A DNA stretch of 64,000 nucleotides from Azolla caroliniana (lineage: Eukaryota > Plantae > Polypodiophyta), in assembly GCA_043228905.1 (NCBI GenBank), contig JBHGNT010000010.1, positions 8,804,001 through 8,868,000 of the forward strand. Reading direction: 5' to 3'. Position numbers and translations under genes: made by a program. Shown one piece after another: positions 38,732-52,900 of the stretch (within the stretch, counting starts at the first letter, position 1; each line of letters begins with the position of its first letter). Below the pieces are notes generated by a model. That model was given only the letters and a program-made list of their open reading frames with translations, made no database searches and had not been told where the DNA came from.

Positions 38732-38758
38732 CCTTCCACTTGTGAACGCGAACGTGTT
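38732..38758 (-). repeat. Right terminal inverted repeat
   Basis: ccttccacttgtgaacgcgaacgtgtt. Confidence 0.95.
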
Positions 38759-41700
38759 TGAAGGTCCCCCAGGTCCTTCATCTCAAATGCTTCCGACAAC
38801 TGGGACTTAACTCGGTTGATTTCATCTAGTCCGGGTCCGGTGATGACTAGATCATCAACATACAATAGGATGCAAACCGGACTGTTTGGACCTTTTTGGA
38901 TGAACAACGAAGAGTCGGACTTGGAGGTTGCAAACCCCATCTTACACAACCGATGTGTGATCTTCGCATTCCAAGCTCGGGGGGCTTGCTTTAGGCCATA
39001 AAGTGACTTCTTCAGCCGGCATACCGCCGACTTGCTCATCTCCGACTAAAAACCGGGGGGTTGGGTCAAAAAGACCTCTTCTTCAAGATCGCCTTGTAGA
39101 AATGCATTCTTCACGTCCATCTAGTGAAGATGCCACCCCCTTGCCGCAACAACCACCAGCACCACACGAACCGTCGTCATCTTCGCTACCGGAGCGAAGG
39201 TCTCATTGTAGTCGATTCCGTGGGTCTGCGTGTATCCCTTTGCCACTAACCGGGCCTAGTACTGGTTAACTGAACCGTCGACATTGTACTCTATCCTGTA
39301 CACCCACTTACATCCGATCGGTTTACAGTGTCGGGGACGATCAACTAGGTCCCATGTGTTGTTGGCATCAAGTGCCTGCATTTCTTCCTCCATAGCAGCA
39401 TGCCAATTTGTGTCCTGTACCGCTTTTGCGAAGCTCTTCGGCTCACACACTTCCGCCACCTTGGTCATGTACGTATAGTGATGCGCCATGTACTCATTGT
39501 ACCCGTACCACTTCACGGGGTTCTTCTAGCGGGAAGACCGGCGTAACTTATCGATACTGGGATAACTTATCGTTGCTGCGAAGATCTGCCTTCTTCTTTT
39601 TCGGAGTCGGATCCGCTCTGATCCGACTCACCATTGCCGGTCTCGTGCTCCGACATCTTCCTCTTCCCCTTTTCCTTTCGCGTGAACCGTCTCCTCGGTT
39701 CCTTGCACGGGGGGAACACGACAAAGTCTCCACTACTCACCTGTTCATCTTCCGACTGGTCTGTCTGACCCAGTCGCTCGTTCGGCCCCCTCAACCGAAA
39801 CGATTCCGGACTCATATCTAGAGTCTTGAACCCTTCGACTTCTAACTGGACCGGTTCAGGCTCACTAGCCTCATCCTCCGGTATCGGGTCAGGGTCGGAA
39901 GTCGGAGCCGCTAAGGCATACCATGAAGTCGTCTCATCAAACTCAACATCCCGGCTAACTCAGACCTGCTTCGTCCGGGGGTTATAACACTTATACCTCT
40001 TTTGCTCATGCGAGTAACCGACCATGATGCATTTCTCCGACTTTGCATCCAACTTCCTCCACTTCTCATCCGGCACATGCACATATGCAATGCTACCGAA
40101 TAGCCGAAGGTGTCTCAAATTCGGCTTGTGCCCGAAATACAGCTCATGTGCGGACACCTTGTCAATGATCCGGTTTTGGATGTAGATGGCTGTCCGGACC
40201 GCCCCAGCCCAGTAGAAATGGGGCATGCTCTTCTCCTCCAGCATTGCCCTTGCCGCGTCGATAATCGATCGGTTCTTCCTCTCCGCCACATTGTTTTGCT
40301 CCAGTGTGTATCTGCAGCTGAACTCTCTCCGAATTCCATTTTGATGCGATAACTGTTGAATTGGCCGGAGAAGTATTCTTTCCCGCCATCCGACCGCAGG
40401 CACTTGATCTTCCTCTCCATTTCCCGTTCAACCAAGCTTAGAAGGTTCCGGAAACACTCGAAGACTTTGGTCTTCCTCTCGATGAGGTAGATCCACGTGT
40501 GCCGCGTATAGTCGTCGATGAAGGAGACGAAGTATCTGCTCCCGCCAACACTAACGTTCTATGCCTGTCCCCATCCATCTGAATGGATTAGATCGAGCTT
40601 GTTGCGGCTCCGGTATCGTTCGGTGGGGAATGGAAGCCAGTGTTGCTTCCTGAGTTGGCAGGCTTCACATACTTGGGCCTTCCGGCCATGAAACTTCGGC
40701 AAACTGAAAACAACTTGTTTCGTTTCCAAGTCTTGAAGCCTCCAGTAATTGATGTGGCCGATCCGCTTGTGCCAGAGATCGATGTCCGATTCAATCTTCC
40801 GTCCTTTGGTGAACAAAGTGGTAAGACGTCATTGGTGTCGAGGATGAACATCCTCCCGTTTCTGCACCCTTGCGCAATAATCTGGCCCTCTTCCTCGATG
40901 AAGCACCCAAGGTGTGTAAACTACACCTGCATCCCCTGGTCAACGATTTGATTGACTGACATCAAGTTCTTCGTGATAGTCGGAATGTGTAATACGTTCA
41001 TAAGCTTCCCCCTCTATCCGACGTGGCTCAAAGGGACTTCTCCGACATGCACGATTGGGTGAGCAGTGTCATCTCCATTTTCGATGACTCCCGGTTGTTC
41101 CGGTTTCTCCAAGAAAGAGAACCACTCTTTGTGGCTCGTCATGTGATTCGATGCACCGGAATCAACATACCACACTTCCTCTGATTTGGAAGTGGTCTTC
41201 TTCATCGAGTTAGCCTCGTGTTTCATCACCAAGGCTGGCCCTTTACTAGCTTTTCCGGTTTTGGATCCTCTCGATCCTTCTGCGTAGTGCGAGTATTGCC
41301 GGTTCTCTCTAACGGCCTTGCCGGATCCGGATCTGTCCGAATTGGCGCGCTTTTTCTAGCGCTCGCTTTCTCTGTGGCCCTTTTTATCACAGTATCAACA
41401 TTCTGCGTCGGCCTTTGCTTGCCGGCCTCCGGCGCCGCCTTGACTCCCCTTGCTTGTGGAGGATCCAGAACTGCTGTCGGCACGTTCTCTGTGCCTTCGG
41501 TCCCGCTCTTGCTGGCTGCTACCATTGTGAGCCGACCCTCCTCGTCCACCACGCCCACGGGGCCGATCCGCCGCCGTGTACAACATCCGACTGTCGGTGG
41601 GTGTACTTGTTGATGCACCAGCGTGGTTCTCCTCTACAAGGAGCATCGACCGTAAGTCGAAAAATGACGGCGTATTCTCCCTTGTACATACCCCCTGTCA

Positions 41701-44359
41701 GAACGCTCTAAACTTAGACGCTAGGCCCCCAAGACAGATCTGCACCATCTCATCTTCCTCTACAGTGATGTTGATAGAGGCAAGTGAGTCACAATTTTCT
41801 TTGATTCGGGCCATGTAATCGGCTACCGACATGTCCTTTTGTCGGAGATTGCTCAACTGCTGTCGGAGTTGCAGCTTCTGGGCCGTAGTGCTTGCCGCGA
41901 AAACCTTCTTCAGGTTTCCCCAAGCTTCTTTTGGCATCTTGGCATCTTGGACATCGCTCAACAGCTGGTCTCCGACATTGGACGCAAAACAATACATCAC
42001 TTTGCTTGCCGCTTGTTCCCACACTCATAAGTCCTTGTGTGCCGCATCAGGTGTTGTGTCGTTAGCTACGTCGACATAGGTCTAGTAACCATGCCCAAGT
42101 AGGTAGTGGTGCATCTTGTATGACCAAGATCCGTAATTGGATCTGTCGAGGTTCTCCATCAGGAGCGAGCTAGCCATTCCTCTGTCCATCACTTCTCTTT
42201 CTGTTCTTACTGGGTCTTAGGGTTTGTCTTCAGATTCTGATGTTGGCTATAGAGGTTCTCAACCCTCGCGCTCTGATACCATGTTAAAAACAAAGGTGCG
42301 GAAGTGTAAGATAACCGGCTTAGCCGGATAGCAACACAGAGAGAGAGAGAGAGATTAACACACAGGAGAGACAGAGAAAGAGTAGAACAACTTAAATCTA
42401 TTATCAAAACAATAATAATTCTCTGTACATACAATGTGCTCAACAACACTATTTATACAAGTCCTAAGAGGAGTGATAGAGGTACAATGTACTTCAATGA
42501 TCACACGTGCGTCTGACACTAACTACGAGACATTAACTACCTAGTAGTCTAGGTTGATACTAGGCTTCCGATTACTGCTTGATCCGGCTAACCAGCTCCC
42601 CAGCTCACCGGCTCGCTTGCTCACCGACTCGCTTGCTCATTGGCTCACTGATCCAGCTCAAGCTTATTCAGCTGATCTGGATCCAGTTGAGCTTGCCGCT
42701 CAACAGAAAGGAGCGGAGGTGATCATCGCGGTGGAATTGACCGTGATGCGGAGTCGGATGAAGAATTCGATTTCGGGCTAGCTGAAAAAGCCGAAGAAGG
42801 AACCACGAGCCGTAACCACACGGAAGAGTCGAAAATAGCCGAATTAGGGGGAGGTAAGGCCAAGACCAAGACGTGGTGTGATATTGTCAAAGGCCTAAAG
42901 ATTGAAGACGAATTGGAGACAGCCAATTCAGATGTGAGTGGAATTGAATCGGAAGAGACCGATTCAATCGAAATGCTCGATTCGGATATTATGAATCGAC
43001 TGAGGACCAAGCGGAGGAAAGGGCAGTGGAAGAGGCGCCAACACCACAACAACAAGGGAGCTGAGAAGGGCCAAATGAGCAAACTCGCTGACCAGAAGGG
43101 TTGAGGAACGCAAGCAAGGTGTGAAGCTAGGAAAAGCTGGAGTGAGGATCCGGAGGAGCATGTGGAACTTCAAGTTGAGCTTGAGGGGGAGTGTTGAGTG
43201 ATAAACTCAACATTGGGTGCGTAACCCAGTGCGTAGACTAGGTGTGTAAAACAGTACGCATAACGTGGCCGTATCGGTGTGTAAACCGAAAGGCCGTTAG
43301 TATGGTATTCCTCGTAAGGAATAATTTTGGGAATTAGTGTAGTAGGCTCATTTATGAGCAGTCAAGTACTGTTAGTACTTGTGTTAGCCCGATAGTCAAG
43401 GCTTGTATAAAAGGTGCTCACTGAGCACGAAGTATGTACAAAGTGTCATTATTTTGAAATAGAACTCAGTTGTCTGTTCTCACTCTCTCCCTCTCCCTCT
43501 CCCTCTCCCTCTCCATCTATGTTTATTCTATGTTTTTTACCAAACTATCATTCTCCAAACCGTGTACTCTGTGTTTTGCATACGTATTCCTTTACGCGAA
43601 GAAAAGCGTAGAGAAAGAGGCGCCAATACTGTGACAGTAAGGGAGGTGAGAAAGGCCAACCGGAAGGGTCGAAGGGCACGGAATCGGACGGGTCGAGGAG
43701 TGCGAGCGAGGCGTGAATCCAGGAGAAGTTGGAGTGAAGATCCGGAAAAGCATATGGAAGCTCAATTTGAGCTTGAGGGGAAGTGTTGAGAGACAAGCTC
43801 AACACTGGGAGCGTAAACGGGTGCGTAAAACTGTACGCAAAATATGGCCATAGAGGTATGTAAACGGAGAGGCCGTTAGAGTGTTATTCCTCGTAAGGAA
43901 TAATATTGGGGGTAAGTGTAGGATGCTCATTTATGAGGAGTCAGGTACCGTAAGTATTTATGTTAGCCCGATAGTTAGGGCTTGTATAAAAGGTGCTCAT
44001 TGAGCATGAAGTATGTACAAAGAACATACAAAGAATTATTTTTGAATATAGTTACGTTTTCTACTCTGTCTCTGTCTCTCCCTCTCCTTCTCTATGTTTT
44101 CTTTGTTTTATCAATCTGTCGTAATTCCGAACCGTGTACTCAGTGTCTTACGCATACGCTTCGGCACATATTCTTTTACACGAACCCTCCGGAAGCAGGG
44201 GGAGTCATGGCGACGCCGGAACCCGTCAAGAGAAGGCCGAGGCGGAATGCTGGTAGTGTGGCAAGGAAGGCCATAGGGAGAGAGAGTGCTGGAAGAAGAG
44301 AGCTAATTCGAACAAACCCGGATCAAATGGAAGAGACGTAGAGAGGCGTTAGAGGTCGC

Positions 44360-47300
44360 TGTCAGGATATGGCAAGACTCGAACCCATGACCTTATGCTA
44401 CATGGGTCGAGCTCTTACCATTAGACTATGAATTATAATTTGTAAGATATTATTTTCATTTATGCTTTATCATAGAAAATTGATGTATATTCCAGATCTC
44501 TCTGGAACATTCTAGAAGATTCAGGCTTATTCCTAAAAACACTATAAAAGCAGGCACAAGGCATTGTTTTGAACCAAATTGGTTCAACGCCAATCTTAAG
44601 CCTCTTAGCCGCTTTGTACTTATCTTTCACATAATATATTAGCTGCTGTCATCATCTTTCTCTCTCTCTCCTCTTCCCACTTCCTCTCTCGGGAGTCTTA
44701 CGCAGTCCCGTCCTCTTAGTACTAATAGTACTGCTCTTGTTTAGTACTAATTCCATCTCTGTTTTAGTACTATTCTTGACAGTTTGAACCAATTTTCTTT
44801 CTCCTCCAGCCTACTTGTCACTCTCCCTCATCCTCCTACCCTTTTCCCTATACTATGGCTATTGTTAGTGCCCAAGAATACCAATCCGTTTTTAAGAGCT
44901 ACAGTGCCTAAAAGAAAAGTTTGTTGCCCTGGAACAAGAAAACCAACGGTTGATAGGGGATCTACAACAAATCGCTCTAGAAAAACAACAAATGCAACAA
45001 CAACATGGGGAGTTAGCGTTACGGGTACAACAACTCGAAGCAGCGTTGCAACAACAAGGATCAAGTCCCCAAGGATTTCATAAAGAGCCCAAGATTGGAC
45101 TTCCTGTGAAATTTGATGGACCGCGATCGCAATTCCGGGGATTCCTTAATCAGGTACGCTTAGTCATCCAGATGCATCCTTCCCGATATCCCAGTGATGC
45201 ATCTCGAGTCGGCCTAATAGGCACTCTACTTAGCGGCTCAGCCTTGGCATGGTTCGCTCCGCTTCTAGAAAAACCATCGCCCTTGCTTAATCACTTTGAA
45301 GATTTTATTGGTGAGTTTAAAGCCTGCTTTGGAGATACCGACAACATCAGGACGGCGATCAACAAGATTCGAAGATTGCGTCAAGGCGATCGTCCAGCCT
45401 CTGCCTACGCGGCAGATTTCCGTCTACTCGCCTCAGATATCCCCTGGGATGATCAGGCCCTCATGGAGCAGTTTCGCTACGGCTTGCGCAACGATGTCAA
45501 AGACTTGCTTTTAACCTTCCCCGAAGAACCAAAGTCTCTTACAAAGGCAATCAGTTGAGCGGTCCGATGCGACAACCGCCTTTTCGAACGGCGTTCGGAA
45601 CGTCAATTACAAATACCACGCTCTCGGCCAGAACCCACAATACGCCTTAGTCACGGCTAAACCGTTTGCACGTGATGTACCTCAAGCCAATATTCCGACA
45701 CCGATGGAGATCGACACCATGCGTCGACGGGGCCCGTTATCGGAAGAAGAAAAGCAACGACGACGTGCCAATAGATTATGTCTTTATTGCGGTGGACCAG
45801 GGCATATCGCCATCAATTGTCCCCATAGGCCAAGAAGACAGGTAAATCAAATTGTCGCCTGTACTAAACCCGAGTCAATTCTTCCCTTCGGAGTGTCTGA
45901 TAGTATTAATAGTACTAATAGAGTGTCAGATAGTATTCATAGTACTAATAGCCCAAGTATCTCAAATAAATTTGAAATCCTTAGTCAATTAGATGAAGAG
46001 TTAAACGATTGAGTACAACCAAAATAGGAGCCGTTTGGTTGGATAGCAGCCCTAGATCTGTACAGCCCATTAGTGGTTCCATTCCTTCCAAGCAAGTTAG
46101 CAATGTGTTCCTAGCCCAAGTCATTGTTAATACTAAAAGTACTCCCCCATTACCCGTCCTAGCACTTTTAGATTCCGGAGCTAATTCCTGTTTCATGGAT
46201 CGAAATTTTGCCCAAGCTTCTAAGATATCCTTAAGAAAACTTCCTTGTCCCGCATCTGTAGTAGTCATTGATGGTCGTCCCATTGCTTCCGGGAATATTG
46301 TAGAAGAATCAGAACCCATTCAAGTTGTCCTAGGTAGTTTTGTGTGTGTAATATCATTTAATATAATTAGTAGTCCAGAGCATCCCATTGTCCTAGGATT
46401 ACATAATCCAGCCATAGATTGGAGACCAAGAGAAGTCTGATATCGACCACCCCAAGAATCTACTCACCGAGTTTCGACCATTTCACTCCATCTAATACGT
46501 GAAGAAGGACACAAGGAGGCAATGTTCCTATTTGCAATATCAGTACATCCTTCCAACACTATTAAGGACTCCTCAGTACAACTTCCGGCAAAATATCATC
46601 CTTATGCCGATGTATTTGACAAGGTAAAAGCCGGTACCCTTCCTCATCACCGTCCCTATGACTGTCCCATCGATTTACAACCAGAAACCAAGCCACCATG
46701 GGGACCAATTTACAACTTGTCACCCACCGAGTTAGAAGTCCTTCGAGCCTACATCAAGGAGAACTTGGCAAGCGGGTTTAACCGTCATTCGAAATCTTTG
46801 GCCGGGCACCCATCTTCTTTGTCAAGAAGAAAGATGGCTCACTTCGTCTCGTCGTTGATTACCGCGGATTGAATAAGGTCACCATCCGGAATACGTATGC
46901 ACTTCCTCTTATATCAAGTCTTTTAGAGCAAGTTAATGGTGCCAAGTTTTTTACCAAAATCGATCTACGAGGAGCGTATAACCTCGTGCGGATCCGACCG
47001 GGAGATGAATGGAAGACCGCCTTTCGCACGCGGTATGGGCATTTCGAGTATACTGTTATGCCATTCGGCCTAACCAATGCACCCGCAGTCTTCCAACACA
47101 TGGCAAATGATATATTCAGAGACCTCTTGGATATCTGTTTGATCATCTATCTTGATGATCTATTGATTTATTCGAAGACCCAGGAAGAGCACGATTCTCA
47201 TGTACTATTAGTACTAGAGCGACTCCGCGAGAATGGTCTTTATGCCAAGCTAGAAAAATGTAGCTTTGACTGCAAGCAAGTGGAATTTCTAGGCTACGTC

Positions 47301-49988
47301 ATCTCCTCAAAGGGCATCGCCATGGATCCAGCTAAAATCCAAACTGTACTAGAGTGACAAATTCCACGGTCGGTACGAGATGTACAATGTTTTCTAGGTT
47401 TTGCTAACTTCTACCGTAAGTTTATACAGGATTACTCGAAGATTATTTTACCTCTCACACAACTTACGAAGAAGGGCCGAGCATTTCTTTGGTGCATCGA
47501 AGCAGATATGGCTTTTCGGCATCTTAAGAAAGCCTTTACATCAGCACCGATTCTAGCTCATGTGGATACAAGCAAACCATTCATCATGGAGGCCGACGCA
47601 TCAGATTTCGCCCTCGGTAGCATCCTTTCTCAACAAGGAGATAAAGAAGAGTTGCATCCGGTGGCTTTCCATTCGCGCAAATTCGATGTCGCAGAAATCA
47701 ACTACGAAATACATGACAAGGAGTTATTAGCTATCGTGGATTCATTTGTGCAATGGCGGCATTTCTTAGAGGGCTCTCCACATCAGGTCATTGTCTTTAG
47801 CGATCATAAAAATCTTGCTTATTTTCAGAACGCTCGCATACTAAATCGACGGCAAGCTCGGTGGGCGCAATTCCTTACGCATTTCGACTTCAATATCACA
47901 TATCGACCAGGGAAGCAACAAGGAAAAGCAGATGAACTATCACGGCATTCATATCTTGCACCTCGTCTTGGTGATGCAACATTTGATAATCAAAAGAAAG
48001 TAATCTTGGGACCAACACGATTGCACACGACGCGGATTTTTCACACCCCGATGGATTCACGGATTATCGATGACATACGTGCAACCTTGAAGACGGATAG
48101 TTTTGCTCAAGACATCCTGGCGCACATTGATACTTCTCGGGCATCCTGTTCTCGGTCTCAAGAACCAGATATTGACTACCAACAATTCGAATATCATGAT
48201 GGTTTGTTATTCTTTAAAAAGCGCGTATATGTCCTCGATTGCTCCTGTCGCCTTCAAATCATCCAGCATTGTCACGACACCCATACGGCGGGACACTTCG
48301 ATAGTACTAAGATGTTGGAGCTAGTGCAACAATCTTTTTGGTGGCCCCACATGCGCCGTTTTGTCGACGATTACATTCGGACCTATGATGCTTGTTGTCG
48401 AGCAAAGATGCCACGACACCATCCATATGGCTTGTTGGAACCCTTACCGATTCCAAGTAAGCCGTGGCAGTCTATTTGTCTTGATTTTATCATAGATCTG
48501 CCGGTCTCAAAGGGGTTCGATGCTATCCTAACTGTCATCGATCGATATACGAAGATGGCACATTTTGTGCCGTGTACTAAAGCTATCACTAGCGAGGAAA
48601 CCGCCGCCCCTGTTATGCGTGAGGTATTTCGGCATCATGGCCTCCGAGACAGTATCATCAGTGACCGAGGACCGCAATTTGTCTCCAAATTTTGGCATCA
48701 TCTCTTCAAGATGCTCAAGGTCTCCTGCGACCTCTCCTCCGGCTACCATCCTCAGACCGACGGGTAGGCGGAACGAACAAAACAAACGCTCGAGCAATAT
48801 CTCCGGTGTTTCCTGAGTTATTAACAGGACGATTGGGCCGAGATTCTCCAGTTTGCGGAGTTTGCGTATAATAATGCTATTCACTCCTCGAATCGGGTCT
48901 CCCCATTTTTCGCTTATACCAGTTTCCATCCTCGCTGGTCAATGATCGACATCCCGGAGCTACCTACCAACCCTCGTGCCGAGGATCATTTGGAGAGGCT
49001 ACGCAAGATCCAAATGGATCTCTCTACTCACCTTCGTCATGCTCAACCCACAGAAGACTTATGCGGATCATCATCAGATTCCCTCCTCTTTTGCCATCGG
49101 AGATCGAGTATGGATCTTACGTCGTCACATCAAGACTACTCGACCGTGCGACAAGTTGGATTATCTTCTGTATTACGGGTAAGATTAATGATGTCACATT
49201 CCGCCTTGATCTCCCTCCGCAGCTTCAGATACATCCGGTTTTCCATTGTTCTCTTCTTGAACCTTATAAGGCAAACACCATTCCCGATCGTGTGACACCA
49301 CCGCCGCCCCGGCTGGAGTTTGACGTTGGCCCGTAGTATGAAGTTGCTACCATCCTCGATTCCAAACTTGTTCGCAACAAACTCTATTACTTGGTCGATT
49401 GGCTCGGTTATAGTCCGAGCGAACGTACTTGGGAACCCATCGAGCATGTTGCCAATGCACAGGATCTTCTTGCTGATTTCCACTGAAAGTATCCGGACAA
49501 TCAGCGCCGACTCGTTCCACTCGTCATCTTTAAAGGGGAGATGGTGTCAGGATATGGCAAGACTCGAACCCATGACCTTATGCTACATGGGTCGAGCTCT
49601 TACCATTAAACTATGAATTGTAATTTGTAGGATATTATTTTCATTTATGCTTTATCATAGAAAATTGATGTATATTCCAGATCTCTCTAGAACATTCTAG
49701 AAGATTCAGGCTTATTCCTAAAAACACTATAAAAGCAGGCACAAGCCATTGTTTTGAACCAAATTGGTTCAACGCCAGTCTTAAGCCTCTTAGCCGCTTT
49801 GTACTTATCTTTCACATAATATATTAGTTGCTGTCATCATCTTTCTCTCTCTCTTATTCTCGCTATCTCTCTCTCTCCTCTTCCCACTTCCTCTCTCAGG
49901 AGTCTTACGCAGTTCCGTCCTCTTAGTACTAATAGTACTGCTCTTGTTTAGTACTAATTCCATCTCTGTTTTAGTACAATTCCTGACA
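44360..49988 (+). mobile_element. Full-length Tcn1-like chromoviral gypsy element inserted in Copia A1 gag
   Basis: LTRs 44360-44781 and 49545-49988; degenerate TSD gtcgc/atcac. Gag, PR (LLDSGA), RT ([17 protein letters not shown]), RH (EADASD, YEIHDKELLAI), INT and chromodomain (YYLVDWLGY..TWEP); several stops and frameshifts. Confidence 0.93.
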
Positions 49989-52900
49989 ATCACATTACGG
50001 GGAAGGCTTGGAATGAGTCGGAAATGAATTGGGCCCAACCTTCGTAATGAAGCACAAGGCCAATTTGATGGCCGTGAACACCTCGAAATCAAGCGAGGTG
50101 TGGTATGTTGATTCCGGAGCATGAAATCATATAATGAGTCATGAGGAATGGTTCTCGTACTTGGAGAAACCGGAAAAACAAGGATTGGTCGAAATGGGAG
50201 ACGACGCTCCGCATACCATCGAACATGTCGGCGAAGTTCCCCTCATCTACATCGGGCAGAATGGGCAACTCATGAATGTTCTACATGTCCCGACAATAAC
50301 CAAGAATCTGGTGTCAGTCGGTCAGATCGTCGACCAGGGGATGTAAGTTCGTGTCACACACCTCGGGTGCTACATCGAGTAGGAAGGCCAAGTTATCGCG
50401 CAAGGGTGATGTGAAGGAAGCATGTTCATCCTTGACACTAACAAAGCCGGAACCACACTGTTCACGAAAGGACAGAAGGTCGAATCGGATATCGACCTGT
50501 GGCACAAGCGGTTCAGCCATGTTAGCCTCCCACAGCTTTGTGAAATGCAGACGAAGAATATTATTTTTGGTTTGCCAAAAATTCGTGGCCGAAATGCCAA
50601 TTCTGCGAAGCCTGCCAACTGGGGAAGAAACACCGACTTCGGTTCCCCAACAATTGTAATTAGAGTCGAAATCCGCTCGACGTAATCCATTAAGATATGT
50701 GGGGACTGGCACAGAACGTGAGCATCAGAGGAAGCCGTTACTTCGTAACCTTCATCGATGACTTCACTCGGCACACCTGGGCATGCTTGATCGCGAAAAA
50801 GAGCGAAGTCTTCACGTGGTTCCTGAATGTGAAGAGCCCTGCAGAAAGGGAAACTGGGCGTAAGATCAAGTCCCTATGGTACGATGGCGGGAAGGAGTAC
50901 TTCTCGACTAGTTCACAAGTTATCTGTAGAAGGAAGCAATTGGATGCAAATTCTCGTGTAGATACACGCCGCATCAGAACGGCGTGGCCGAGTGGAAGAA
51001 TCGAACGATCGAAGAAGCTGCCAGGGCAATGCTTGAAGAGAAGCATATGCCGAAGTTGTACTGGGTTGAGGCCGTAAGGATGGTTGTTTACTTGTAGAAT
51101 CAAACTTCTGCTAATGGAGGAGTGTCGCCACATGAGTTGTATTTCGGGAAGAAGCTAAACCTGGCACACCTGAGGATTTTCGGCAACATTGCGTATGTGC
51201 ATGTGCCGAAGGAGAAGAGGAGGAAGCTAGACGCCAAGGCCGAGAAGTGTATCTTGGTTGGCTATTCAGACGAGCAGAAGGGGTATAAGTGCTATAACCC
51301 CTCAACAAAGGAAGTTCGTGTAAGGCGAGATGTCGTGTTCGACGAGTCTGCTTCGTGGTATTTTCCTTTACCCCAATACGTCATAACTCCATTCCGAATT
51401 CTAAAGAAGAGGTTAGAGAGGCCGAGCTGCCTCCGCATGATGAGGAAATCTGAACTCTGAGAGAGAGTCCAATCTCATTTCGGCTAAGTGGGCCGAATGA
51501 GCGACTGAGTCGGCATGACCAGTTAGATGTAGGGCCGGCGAGTATTGGATACTCGGCCATGCACTCCTCACGTAAGGAACTGAGAAGACAGTTTACGCGT
51601 AAAGCAAAAGGGAAGAAGAAAATGTCGGAATACGATTTTGGTAGTAACGAGTCAGAACGGAGCGAATCTGACTTCGGGTCAATCGAGAAGGAACCTCCGC
51701 GGAAGAGGTCGAAATCGGCCGAAAAGGTCATGAATAGGGTAATGACGAATTATGCCGATCTACCCGCTTGAAGAACCCCTAAAGAAGATATGGGTACAAT
51801 GAATACATGGCGCACCATTATGCGTGCATGACACGAGTGGCGGAAGTGCGTGAGCCAGAGAGCTACGCAGAAGTGGTGAAAGACGTGAATTGGCGTGCTG
51901 GGGTGGAGGAAGAAATGTGCGCTTTAACGGATAATGAGACTTGGGATGTGGTTGGCGCACCTAAAGTGTTGTTGGCGCACCTAAAGGATGTATAAGGTAA
52001 AATTATGGCATCATTCGATAGGAAGGATCTTGGCGACCTTCATTACTTCCTTGGGATTGAAGTGATCCGTTCTTCCGAAGGCATATTGATCAGCCAACAT
52101 GATTACGTGCTGAATATGCTCTTGAAGTTCGGGATGGCAGATTGTCAGCCCATCTCAACTACTCTAGACAGAAACGTCAAGCTTCGTTGCGATTCGGCAA
52201 AGGCGTGCGACCCGACACGGTTTCAACAGATTGTTGGAAGCTTGACTGAACCTCAGTTATCCAGTCGGCTTGATTAGTCAGTTTATGTCGCAGCCTACAA
52301 TCGGACACTTTCAATGCCTGCAAAGAATATTGCGATATGTCAGTGTCACTAAAGACATGGCGTTGTTGTATCGGGCAGGCGTAGTCGAACAATTAGTTGG
52401 CTACACAGATGCCGATTGGGCCGGAAATGCCCACGATCGTAGATCCACATCCGGATTCGAATTCTCATTGGGAAGTGTGGTGATCACATGGAGTAGTAAG
52501 AAGCAGCCGACAGTAGCCCTGTCGAGCACAGAGGCCAAATATCGAGGGGCGACTATCGCTACGTGTGAAGTCATTTGGCTGAAACGACTATTACGGGATC
52601 TGCCTGTGGAGGTGTCCAATCTGACGATGATCTATTGCAACAACCTTAGCAGTATCCACCTTGCGAAAAACCATGTATTCCACGCTTGGGCCAACCACAT
52701 TAAGGCGCACTACCATTTTGTCCGCGAGCATGTCCTTTCTAGTGAGGCCGAACTAGCATACGTTCTGATGGGTCGGCAGGTTGTCGACATCGTGACCAAG
52801 CCCCTTGGTCTCGACAAGTTGCGGCATTTCTCGAGTGAGCTAGGTTTGCGTCACCTCGACACGCTGACCTTGAGGGGGAGACAGGAACAAGAGCGTGAAA

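Larger units (their letters stand above)
29598..38758. mobile_element. 9,161-bp TIR DNA transposon (Sola-like) carrying a transposase and a ParB-like/DNA methyltransferase cargo gene
   Basis: 27-bp perfect TIRs aacacgttcgcgttcacaagtggaagg (36 bp with 2 mismatches). Flanked by tgaa at 29594-29597 and 38759-38762; removing the element restores the Copia RT codons exactly. Confidence 0.95.
27659..42705 (-). mobile_element. Copia element B (related family), inserted in A3; host of the TIR transposon
   Basis: LTRs 42282-42705 and 27659-28091; perfect 5-bp TSD gaaag at 27654-27658 and 42706-42710; PBS at ~42269-42281; PPT from 28092. The RT motif MKDLGDL|HYFLG is split at 38759/29597. Confidence 0.93.
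22857..43596 (+). mobile_element. Copia element A3, inserted in the A2 3' region
   Basis: LTRs 22857-23277 and 43192-43596 (tgttgagtga...); degenerate TSD cggag/cgaag; PBS tggtatcagagcg; gag-pol 23371-27640 with WCVDSGASNHMT, YVDD and GYTDADWA motifs. Confidence 0.87.
18836..44180 (+). mobile_element. Copia element A2, inserted in A1 gag
   Basis: LTRs 18836-19250 and 43784-44180 (tgttgagagacaa...); degenerate TSD tgaac/cgaac; gag deleted after the PBS; PR-INT-RT-RH at 19255-22520. Confidence 0.85.

Noticed and set aside
29598-38758. Bacterial or phage contamination as the source of the ParB-MTase
   Set aside because: The gene has five in-frame GT-AG introns and a TATA box, sits inside TIRs inserted with a TSD into a plant Copia, and has a second diverged copy in the window.
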